A stretch of DNA of 64,000 nucleotides from positions 21,950,001 to 22,014,000 of the forward strand of contig NC_087436.1 in assembly GCF_036321535.1 (NCBI RefSeq), in the 5' to 3' direction. Source of the DNA: Camelus dromedarius (lineage: Eukaryota). A program made the translations under genes and the position numbers. How positions within the stretch are numbered: the first letter of the stretch is position 1; every line of letters starts with the position of its first letter. This document shows, in pieces, positions 28,250-39,230 of this stretch. Under the pieces are notes generated by a model that was not told where the DNA came from, made no database searches, and worked only from the letters and a program-made list of their open reading frames with translations.

Positions 28250-30330
28250 TATATAAGACATGTACAGTTTTACAACCTGCTTTTCACATTTAACATTTTG
28301 GCATAAGCCTTTCTAAACCTGAATTGTAAACTCTTCTTTTTAATGGTGACATAATATTCCATCAAATTTATATAACATAATATTTTCAAAGATGTCTCTA
28401 TTGTTGAATATTTAGGCTGTTTCTAGATTTTTCCTATTGTAGTAATTCTTTATATATACACCTTTTTTCTCCCCTATAATTAGGATTACCGCCCTAGAAT
28501 AGAAACTCAGAATTACTAAATCAAGGCGTATAAAAACGTATTTTTTGAGAAGCCAGCACCACACTTTTATTTATTTTAACTACAAAGAAACAAGCTCATT
28601 AATTCATCTAGTCAACATTCAAGACATTTATTGCATGCCCTCTATGTCCTTGGTATGGTGCCTATAATACTGTGATGAATATTTGACAGTCACTTACCTA
28701 AAGGATGTGGCGGCTTAGAGGGTGTTAAAATAGAATGTGCCTGAAATGAGCATCTTGTATGAATTATATATGGAGAGAATGCTTCCTAGATTATCTGGGA
28801 CAAGGTAGGAATACTTTTAGAGCTCTTAGGGGCTGTAAGAAAATGGCATTCAAAGCAATTTCAAAATGGCATCAAGGATGAACATTTTTTATTCTTTGCC
28901 AATTTGTTAGATGAAATATTGTCGATCATTGTTTTAATGTTTATTTCTTTGAGTACTAATGAGAATGAACATTTTTCCATATGTTCGTCAATGAGTTGTT
29001 TCTTCATTGTGAAGTATCCTTTGATATTTTGGTGTTTATATAATATAGATTTTGGTTTATTTGCAATTATTTGCAGTTGTTGCAAATAATTTCACATCTG
29101 CTTTGCTTTTTAATTTTCTTTTTAACTTAGAGAAGTTTTGGGGTTTTTTTTTAACCTAGTCTTATCTACCAGGCATTTTCTAATTTCTTTTAGCACTTAT
29201 ATGTTTCAGGAGTAGACTTGCCCTCTCCAGAGAGGCATATAAATAATCAATTCCATTTTTATTTGTCTTTAATGTTGCATTTCATTTGTATTTAATTCCA
29301 TAATACATCTGCAGTTTATATCTATGTCTAATGAGATGTATTTGATTTTATTCCAAAAAGATGGACGATTATCTCAACATTATTTATTAAAGAGTTTCTC
29401 ATGAATTGGTGATACTCGTTTTATCATACACTGAATTGAGGCTCCCTTTCTATATGCATTCATAAAGTCCAATGCCCATTTGTATTAATTTCTGTCATGA
29501 TAAAAATAGCTACTTTTTTTTCCCCGTCAAACTTTCTGAGAGTAGGAATTATGTTTTCCCTTTAATAACTAGCATAGTTCTTGGCATTAAGTGTATGTTG
29601 AATTAATGCATAAAATAGAATGTCTCTGGGATACCTATATTTTCTCACTAATCTGTATGTCAGTTTCTAAGCTAGTTCTGCACTGTGTTAAATGTTGTGT
29701 CACAACGATGTATTTTATCATTAGAACAAAACCTGTCATTAATATTTATATTTAGAATTTTCTTATGATCCATGACTCTTTCTTCAAATGAACTTCAGAA
29801 AGTTTTAACAGAAAGCTTTAATTATTCCTACTAGAATTTTGACTGGAATTATGCTAAAAACATAAAATTAATTTGGGAAGAAGTGATATTTATGTTGTAA
29901 ATAATTTCCTACTCATGCATGTGTTATGGTTCCTTATTTCTTTTATAGCTTTTTTAAATTGTCTTTACAGAGTTATTCATAAGTAGTTTTAGGATTTTAT
30001 TGTTACTGCTATAGTGAGTCAGGATTATTGATGCTATTGGGAGTTGCATTTATTTATTTTAAATTTTTTACTTTCTGTTTATTGCTATTGTACAGAGCAA
30101 TTATCATTACAAATTTATATTGAATCCTGAGACTTTTTTTGAATCATTTTATTAATTCTAATAGAAATTTTTTAGTAGTTTTTTTAGTTGATGTGAAAAT
30201 TGTCAACAATTGGGAATGATCTCATTATCAGCTAAATTCTATTTTATTTTTACAATAAAAGATGGGAATTGAAGAACAAAAGTGAGATTTTAAAAACCTG
30301 CTTTTTGAGATACAGTTAAATTTTCACATT
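28250..30330 (-). mobile_element. Very old L1 (L1ME-like) fragments with an L2 piece near 28590-28790
   Basis: ataatattccat..ttaggctgtttc, ttgttttaatg..gaacatttttccatatgtt, attaatttgggaagaagtgatattt. Confidence 0.6.
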
Positions 30331-30350
30331 TATTTTAGACACAGTTATTA

Positions 30351-30394
30351 ATAATATAATATAATATAATATAATATAATATAATATAATATAA
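30351..30394. repeat. (ATAAT)n microsatellite, 8 perfect units plus a partial unit
   Basis: Direct reading. Confidence 0.95.
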
Positions 30395-30417
30395 CATATA
30401 ATAGGTGATTATATGTG

Positions 30418-30467
30418 TATCATCTGTGAAGGAGTTATCATCTGTGAAGGAGTTATCATCTGTGAAG
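30418..30467. repeat. 18-bp tandem repeat, about 2.8 copies
   Basis: TATCATCTGTGAAGGAGT twice, plus TATCATCTGTGAAG. Confidence 0.95.
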
Positions 30468-32284
30468 CAGGGTCTTCTAGGAGACAAATATGTGAGTCTT
30501 TCGGAACTGAGGAGGACCTCTGTAATACAGTTTCCTGACCTGCATGTCATGCTCTCTCCCTAATCTTTCCTAATCTCCACCCTACTTAGCCCCTGCCTTT
30601 GGCATAATATCCCACAACCTCCCATTGATGGGGACACTTGATCTAGAATCACCAGGCTGTCTGGGATCAACAAGGCATCTCAGACCCAGCTGTCACTCAT
30701 GGGGCAACATGAAAAGGGCAAACAGCCAGCTCTGAATTTAGCTGTATCCCCATCACACCAAGACTCTGGGGTAGGAGGAGAGACAGAATGTGAGTCATGA
30801 GAGCCCCATTTAGGGCCACAAAGGAATGGATATGGGAACCAGAGAAGCATAGGTGGAGCCCAATAGAGGCTATTCCATTTTTTAATCTTCCATGTTTTAT
30901 TCCTAATCAGTAATGCTCAATTTAGTATCCAAAAGTTGTTTGAAATGGAATTTTCTCTTTTCTTTTTAAAGAAAACTTTTATGTCCTAATCAAGGCCAAT
31001 ATTCTATTTGACCATTTATTGTGGAGGTCATGAGAAGTATTAAATAAGGCTTTTGTTTGCATTGACTGGGTGGGATATTTAAGGTGCCTAACACTTTGGT
31101 GGGTTTGGGTCAGCATTGGTTCTTGCTGCATAATGGGAGCTGACAAGTAATGACAACATAATGGGGACAAAACAAGTATGAAAGACTCAGGCTCACATAA
31201 CACAGCTGATCCTTCTGCATCATAAACTTTTATTCTTTGGGCTTGCACAGTTACCCGGTTTACAATCTATGTATTTCATCATCACTATGTAAGGTGTTGC
31301 CCTTCCTCCGCGTGCTTTCCTTGTATTTTTCAAAGCAATTTTACCAGCTTGTTGGGACACTGTGGACCTCAGGAGACTACATGGACCTCTGTCCTACACG
31401 GCAAGGCAGACGCATTACCTTTGCAGAAGTAATGACATTTCAAAATACCAAGAGATGTGCAATCTGTTGGGGTGATAAGAAGAAGACACTGTAATTCACT
31501 ATTGAATGTGTGTGTACAACAGGGCGCAATGCTTAGGGTGGGTTGAAAAAGATAAGAGAATGAATTATGGTTTTGTTTAAGTGTTAAAATAAAGCCTAAT
31601 GAATAAAGCCTACTTCAGACACCTAATGACAATGATTAACTAGACCAAAGTGTTTTTTGCAAAGTCTACCTGAAAGAAAAGCTTACGATAGCAAACTTAG
31701 GACTTTTCTATGTAGCTAGTGTATTATTTTTATACGTTGTGTTTAGAAATCAGTAGATGGTTTACATTTTCTTTAGTAGCAACTGAGTGATTAGCTTCAT
31801 GTTTTCTCCTATTATGAAGCTATTTTTTTTTCCTATCACATATTTTAAAAGCAACTCTGGATCTATCAGACTAAAAAAATAGAGATCTTAAGATGAATTA
31901 TGATTAGGTGTTTTGTTTTCCCCAAATTAAATAAGACCTGGGATGAGTTCAAGCTGACACTTTGTGGTTTTCATCCTCCTATTTCATCTAGAATGGGAAG
32001 AAATCTACAAGCATGTGAGTGACAAAATCTTATGTCACATCTACATTACTGACATGACTGCGGGACAGTTTGTTTTGAATACAGTACAGAGGTTAAAGAA
32101 AACTTTAACTCAATAAAAGTTATTGCTCTCTTTTTGACAGATAAAATGAACTCTTGATAATTGATAGTAAATTTACAATTTGAAAATCATCATTCCTGAT
32201 AATAAAGTAGAAAAAAGAACCAAGTGACATTTTTGATGCACTTATTGAATGACACACAGTAACAAATATTTTGATACACCACAG

Positions 32285-33080
32285 GGCACAGTGGTAAAAT
32301 GTCCAAACTCTGGATCCAGATCATTGGGCTCAAAGTGAAATGCCGCCCCGGAAACTAGCTGTGGGATACTGACTGTCACCCCACCTTTCTTTGCCAATTC
32401 CTCTATCTATAAAATATGGGTAATAATAGTACCTACCACATGGGGTACCTACCGCAAGACCATCCTTAGGCTCAATGATTTGCTGGAATCAGAAAAACTG
32501 TTAGACTCACAGTCATGGATTCTTCCAGTGAAAGGCTACGGATTAAAATCAGCAAAGAGAAAGGCACCTGAGGCAAAGTCTAGCATCCAACTTCCAGGTG
32601 TCCCTCCCGGTGGAGTCACGTGGGGGCACACTTACTTCTCTTGGCAACCATGTGTGACAACATGTGTGAAGGGCGGGCAGCCAGGGAAGCTCCACAGAGC
32701 TCTGGTTTCCGGAGTTTTATTCGGGGTCAGTCACAGAAACACGCAGCACCAGATGACCGACCTCAGCTATTCAGACTTCAGCCTTCCCTGCCCGCAACAA
32801 AAACAGTTGTCCGCCATAAATGTATCTGGTCAAACTGGAAGAGCAGAGGCCTGAGCATTCAAAAAACTCTCTTATCAGGCAGACTATTCCAAGAGCTCGG
32901 AGGTTATCTTCCAGAAGCTGCCCTAGGGCCAATTCTAAAGGTAGGCCTTTCTTTGGAATGCGAAGCGTTTGAGTCATTCAGGCCTGCTGGGTTAACCCTT
33001 GCCTACCCAGTGGTTGTGAGGAGTAAATATGTTAATCCTTGCAAGTTAGAAGAGTGCCCGGCTCAGGTAAGCAAATAAAT
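32285..33080 (+). mobile_element. MIR split by an LTR insertion
   Basis: 5' half ends ataatagtacctaccacatgg (~32443). 3' half resumes tggttgtgagga..gtgcccggctcaggtaagc (~33011). Confidence 0.75.
32441..33009 (-). mobile_element. ERVL LTR of the MER21/MER68/MER77 group
   Basis: caagacca..aggctcaatgatttgct, gattaaaatcagcaaag.gaaaagg, atgtgtgacaacatgtgtgaag, ggcctgctgggttaaccctt. Confidence 0.8.
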
Positions 33081-33307
33081 AAGGGTCAGCTCCAGTTCCT
33101 TCTAGTGGCCTCTGTGAACAAAGCAGCTCGATTTGGAATACCAACCAGAAACGGCTATATTCCGTGGATCTTGTGATCATGTAAGTCCTCAAGTTTGGAG
33201 TAAAGGGCATTACAAGCAAATTAAGTATTTTCGCCTGGAGTGTTTTCAGAAGAGGAGTTCCCAGTGAAAACACCAAATCCTAACATTTTGTCTTTTATTC
33301 TTTACAG

Positions 33308-33373
33308 AGCTCTGAAGTCTGCAAGGCAGTAATCAAAGACCTGAGCTGTTTGAGGAAGACAACAAAAAAGCAG
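33308..33373 (+). other. INPP4B: Probable non-coding 5'UTR exon of INPP4B (66 nt)
   Basis: Branch-like cctaac, strong tract ttttgtcttttattctttacAG, purine-rich body, donor CAG|GTACAA. Unique sequence on the gene strand. INPP4B is known to have short non-coding upstream exons. Confidence 0.7.
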
Positions 33374-33624
33374 GTACAAGGCTGATTCTCAGAAAATAAC
33401 CCTCACTGTTCATTTAGACTGATGATTACTTCAAACTTACAGCCTCTATTGTTAGAAAAATATTTTACAAAAATTCCACTTCGGTGTCTTAGAATGTATG
33501 TGACTGCATGGCTGACTGTATCTTAAAGAGGAACTGTTTTCTAAGTGCACATTAAATTAATTTTGAGAGCTTCAATTAGGCCAGGTCTAGGCAGAAATGT
33601 AGAGTAATGAACAAATAATTATTA

Positions 33625-34060
33625 CTCATTATTAAATCAACACATATTCATGAAAAGCCTGATATATGGCAAACACTCATCTTTGAGTTACTGAGTGATT
33701 TTAGAGACTTGAACAAAACAGACATGATTCATTCCTGCCCTCATGGTGCTTGCAGTCCAGTGGAAGTGACATGAAACAGATAGACAAGGATCAATATAAG
33801 AATAAAAACTGTGATACATGCTACTGCAGAGTTCTGTGGGAGAAAATGTTGGGAGATAAGGGAGGGATCTACTGGAGACGAGATAAACAGGGGGTGCATC
33901 TTTAGAAGGTGGTGTTTAAACTAAGAGCTGAAGTGTAAGGAAAAAAGTCCCAGGTAGATGGAACAGCAATGAATAAAGAAAGTAACTGAAGAAAAGGATA
34001 TAGTGGCAAAGTCACAGAGGTGGAGAGAAGTATAAGATGAAACTGGGTTGACAATGGGAT
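33625..34060 (-). mobile_element. L2 fragments
   Basis: tcaacacatatt..tgaacaaaacagaca..cctgccctcatggtgcttgcagtccagtgg. Confidence 0.65.
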
Positions 34061-36039
34061 GAACGTGAATGTGGCAACCGGCTCAGTCCCACAGGGCTTT
34101 CGTTGCTCCAGTGAGGTGTCTTCAGAGCAGCTCTGCGTGGCCACATCCTCCCCTAGACATTTCTGTGCTCTGTCATTTGATTTTCTCTCCTGGCACCCTG
34201 AATATAGAAACTTTCAGATCTACCAAACCCACCCCACCCCCTACATCTCCTGCCAAAGTGTAAATGGCTTATGACAGTGCAGAGAGGTTCTCAGTGTGTC
34301 TGCATACTAGTTCCATGATACGTTCTGTATAAAATGGTTTAGGGTCAAGGAAGTTTGAAAATTTCTCAATACTATACCACTCTCAGGAGCTTTGAAGACA
34401 CATTAACATTCTGTAATAAATATACATGTATGTATACACATATGTGTATATGTTTGTGTGAGTGTGCACCTTTATTTAACTTGATATTAGTTAACCAGTA
34501 CTTCCAGGTTTACATTAGGAAATGTTTCAAAACTTTCTTGGAAAGAAAGTGTATTTTGTGGGGTTCCTCATACTCCTGAGGCTGACCTGCTTTTAGGTAA
34601 CTTGACCTATTTTATGGCTATGCACATTTAATTATGTTAGATAATTTTCTAGAATCTAGATAATTCAGTCCAGAGAAAAAAGACATGTTTACTTTGGTGG
34701 TTTAGCTTTTTCGGGCAGAAGATTTTTCTTGACCTGAATTATGTGGTTAATTGCTTCAAATCCTGATTATACTTTACATGTAAAAATAGAGCCTTAAGTA
34801 CCACTGAGGAGCACTGGAGTAAGAGCTCACTAAGTAATTTTCAATCTTACTGTTAGTAATACTTGTTCTCTTAAATCAAACAAAGGAAAACCAACTACAA
34901 AAAAAAATGTTGTCTGCGTCTTAGCTGCTCTGAATCTCATTCCTTTCCACTGAGAATACTTACTCTCCTTGGTTTGTAAAATTCTCATAATTTAGAAAGG
35001 TGGAAAGTGAGGAACGTGGCTGGGGGTGGTGCCTACTTTAGCACCCAGAGAAATGATTTGATTTTATATAAAATGTGGAAATCTTATATCTGCACCAATA
35101 CAGGTTTCAAGGATTCAGAGTTAAACTAAGGTTATCCCAGAAGAGAGGTTCTCAGCATCTGTGTTGGAAAAGGAAATTGACCTTTTTAAATCAATTCAGT
35201 TATCTTTCAATTCAGTTAACTATTATTAAAATATATGGAAAAAAATTATGAACAATTCCCTACGATTTCATAACTTAGAAACAAAAAAACTTGTTTCATC
35301 CTTGGAAAGATAAAACATAGCGGTCCCTTAATTACTACTCCTGCCATTTGCTTTCTGCTAGAGATGTGTCTCAAATTTGGAATCTATTTAGAAATCTTAA
35401 TTGAAAATGGTTTAAAAAAAAGGGAGAGAAAATAAAAAGAGCAATACAAAAACATAAAAGTAGGGAGAAAAATAGAAATGGAAATATTACAGCCAGATTG
35501 AATGCTCACCTATTTTAAAATGCGTTGGAGTATAAGAAACATGTTATCTGGCATAAAATTGAACTCTGTTGTTTCCTTTTTCAGGAATAATTTTCTCAAC
35601 CAAATAACAAGTCTTTTTAATCTCTATAAATTGGAATTTTCAAGGACTATATTTTGCTCAGTGTAAAAATAGTGATTTTAAAGTTTGGAGACCGGATTGT
35701 CCCTTGTCTGACCCTAGGCAAATTCTCAATCTCAGTTTACCCATCTCTAAAATGAAATTTTTAAAATCCCATTTTGAAATGTGGTTTCTTTCTTGTCTCT
35801 TGACTTATACACTGACTAGATTATTAAGTTCTAGAAAGAAAAGAAAGATGAAAGTAAAAAAGAAAGAAAGCTAAATTTGAGAATGTATATCATAATATTT
35901 AGTACAGAATATGGCCAATACCAGACATTCAGATAGTGCTTATTGCTTCTGTGCTTTGGAGGCTGACTTCAAGGCAGATTCACTAATCCTTTTACTCTGT
36001 TTTTTTTTTTTTTTTCTTGTAGGTATTTTAGATTCTGCT

Positions 36040-36158
36040 GTCCAGATTGTAAATCCCATGTAAAGGCATAGTGACATGTTATTTCTGAATTACTCACAGT
36101 ACTTTGCATGCTGTTAGGCAAGGTAGTTGCTCAATTAAGATTTGTTTAATGGAGTGAA
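36040..36158 (+). mobile_element. L2 3' terminus
   Basis: agattgtaaatcccatg..ggca..gtagttgctcaattaagatttgtttaatg. Confidence 0.6.
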
Positions 36159-36494
36159 GCTGTAAACTAATGCGGGGCCAGGAAGCAGATAATCCAGATT
36201 GCCCCAGCCCCTGGTTTACGAAAACACCACATCTAATGTCGGAAGCAGGGGTGGTTATGCCCCGCTGTGAATGATTTCATTCAGTGATAGGGCACCCACT
36301 TCCTGCTGCTTCTCCATGCACTCTGCTCCCATCAGATTAGTTAATTTCCTGTTATTTATGCGTATTCTACATTTGTGGCTTTAGGTCTTCGCTTGCACTG
36401 CCGTCATTTTCAATATTTTCTTCCTTGTTTTCTTTCATTCTTCCTCCCTTCTTCCCCCTTTTTTCTCATCCCCCTTCCTTTTATCTATACCTGA

Positions 36495-36628
36495 CTTTTT
36501 ATAGTTTTTTTTATTTCTACTTTTTTCAGGGGGAGTAATATGGCTTATTTATTCATCTATTTATATATTTTTGGAGGTACTGGGGATTGCTAAGCATGCA
36601 CTTTTACTGCTGAGCTATACCCTCCCCC
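36495..36628 (-). mobile_element. Camelid tRNA-derived SINE (Vic-1-like), internally deleted
   Basis: Reverse complement reads gggggagggtatagctcagcagtaaaagtgcatgcttagcaatccccagtacctcc plus an AT-rich tail. Confidence 0.8.
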
Positions 36629-37589
36629 AACACCTACCTTTTTGATGTACAGATCTCTTAAAGTCTGACCAAATATCATCTCCTCCATGAAGCAGTCGCA
36701 GGTATCTCCTGAGATAATTATCTTACCCACCTTGATTTTTGTTTTGTTTTGTGTTCAAGCACTATTTCTTGTTCCCCATCTGTAGAGAGCGACCCTGACA
36801 CAGAGCCAGTGAGAGCCCAGCCATGTAGTATGTTAATGGTTCTTTCCTTCCATGCTCCACTCCATTTTGTTACCTTTTACCAAAAAAGTCACCAAGGGAG
36901 TGGACCTCTGGCAGTGTTTGCTGCTTGCTTGCACCCCGGTGCCTGGGTGACTGGCGATTGGCGTACAGGCCGTGAGCACTGGGCTGCAGTCACATCAGCT
37001 GTCTGAGTCCGGTTGACTTTGTGGATGTGTCCTTAGTTTTGGCTGCTGTGTCCCTTAGAACCAGGAGCCTGGCTCTGCACCCAGCAGTCTAGGTGCCCTG
37101 ATTCCCAGGACACCTGACTGCATATCTTTCCCTGTGGCCTTACCTTCTTTTGGGTATCCCTTCCAGCTGTATGACTTGGATACACATGTGATGCTGAGAA
37201 CGGCCACTCCACAGGAGCCCTTTCTACTGCTTCCCTGTCCCTCACCCCAAACTCAACGGTGCCCCCATTTATTGAGGCCCATTCAGAGCAAACTTAAGTT
37301 TATCGGTTAAGTCTTGATCATTTGGACTTTTGCCTCCTATAAATCAACATTTGTTTCCCAGTTTATTCATCTTATTCCTTTGTGGAATGGATTTCTTTCT
37401 GCTTCCTTTTGTGTCTCTGCAGGCCTCTTGATTGAATGGCTATCAGCAAAGCATTCCCACTGTCCCTCTCTTAGGCCGTCTTCCCCTTGTCTACCCATGC
37501 TAATGATAGTAAATATTATTAAAATTAATCATGCTAGTAATATTTTTTGACCACTAGCTGTATTTTCTAATATCTTTCTTGTTTTGTGT

Positions 37590-39230
37590 TCACTGTTTTA
37601 AAATCTACGCACAGTAAAATTCATACTTTTTGGTGTTCAGTTTTAGAAGTTTTGATAAATGTTAGCATTCATACTCACTACCGTAATCATGATACAGAAC
37701 ACTTACATCAACCCCCAATTTTCTGTCTTTTACCTATTTATGATCAACCTCTCCCGCCTCTACCCACTAGAAACCACTGATCTGTTTTCTGTTTCGATAA
37801 TTTGCCTTTTCCAGAATGCCATGTACATTGAATCACGTAGTATGCAGCACTTTGAATCCAGCTCCTTTCACTTACAGTAATGTGCTTGAGTCATTAATTT
37901 TTGGGGGTATCAGTGCCTTTTTCCTTTTTATTGTTGAGTAATATTCCCTTTTATGAATTTGCTTTGGTGTGATTATCCATTCATCTTTGAATGAACTTGG
38001 AGTGACTTTGAATTTTTAGTTTAAAAAAAAACAGGTTTTTGTGTGATCATAAGTTTTATTTCTCTTGAGTGTATATCCAGGAGTGAGATTGCTGGCTCCT
38101 ATGGTAGGTTATGCTTGACTATGTAAGAATCTGTCATACTTTTTTCCAAAGTGACTATACTGTTTTGCCTTTCTACCAGCAATGTACAAGAATTCCAGTT
38201 GGTCCACATCCTTGTCAGAGATTTTGACAATTTTTAAAATATTTAATTATACCCATTCTAATAAGTACATAGTAGTAGCTCATTACAGTTTTAATTTGTA
38301 TTTTCTTAATGATCTAGATCAATTTAAAAAAAACTGACATCTTAACAATAATGACTCTTTTAATCCATTGACATTTTATATATCTTTATTTGATTTTATC
38401 TCATTTCTTTTATCAATGTTTTGTAGATGATAGCTTATAGATTCTGTACATATTTTGTTTATTTCTAATTTTTTTGGTACTATAATAAATGATAGTTTTT
38501 AAAACTTTATTTTTCCATTTTTCATTGCTAGTTTATAGATAGTTGATTTTTATATGTTGACCTTCTAGCGCACAACTTTGATAAACTTATTATTTCTAGC
38601 TTTTTGGTAGGTATTTTTGGCTATTTTCTACATAGACAATAGTTCTGTCTGCAAATAGAGATAACATCAGTTGTTCCTTTCCAATCTGTATGTGTTTTAT
38701 TTTTTTCCTTGCCTATTGCATTGGTTATGACCTCCAGTATGATACTGAAGAGGAAAGTAGAGAGTGAAAATTCTTACCTAATTCCTGACCTTAGCAGGAA
38801 AGTACTGAATCTTTTATTATCCAGTTATATGATAGCTGTAGCATTTTTGTAGATGTCCAGTATCAAGTTAAAGTTTTTCCCTTCTATTCCTAAATTGCTG
38901 AGAGTTTTTTTTTAATGGATGTTGAATTTTGTCCAATTACTTTTTCTGCATCTTTGATATGACCATGGTTTTCATTTTTAGTCTGTTGATATAGTGAATT
39001 ACACTGATAGATTTTTGAATGTTGAGCTAGTTTTTCATTCCACATTAAACCCCTCTGCATGCTAGTTTATTCTAGGATAAACCCCTTTTGTATACTGTTG
39101 AATTAGATTTGCTATAGCTAAGATTTGATTGATAATTATTTTGTGAGTCTAAATTCATGAGAGATATTAGTGTGTATTTTTCTTTTTTTATAGCTTCTTT
39201 GATTTTATATTACAATAATGCTGGAATTCA
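37590..39230 (-). mobile_element. L1 (L1MB/L1MC-like) 3'UTR plus ORF2 pieces
   Basis: aaccactgatctgttttctg..ttgccttttccagaatg, gagattgctggctcctatggtag, gtctgcaaatagagata, cctgaccttagcaggaaag. Confidence 0.85.

Noticed and set aside
30418..30467. Short direct repeats as a possible CRISPR array (also 26554-26604)
   Set aside because: Head-to-tail repeats with no spacers, no cas genes and a mammalian context.
30335..30550. ORF with FTDDNS repeats and a YYIIL run
   Set aside because: Translation artefact of the 18-bp repeat and the ATAAT microsatellite.
32480..33078. Overlapping 124-aa and 152-aa ORFs
   Set aside because: They lie in an ERVL LTR and MIR, begin at non-ATG codons and resemble no protein I recognise.
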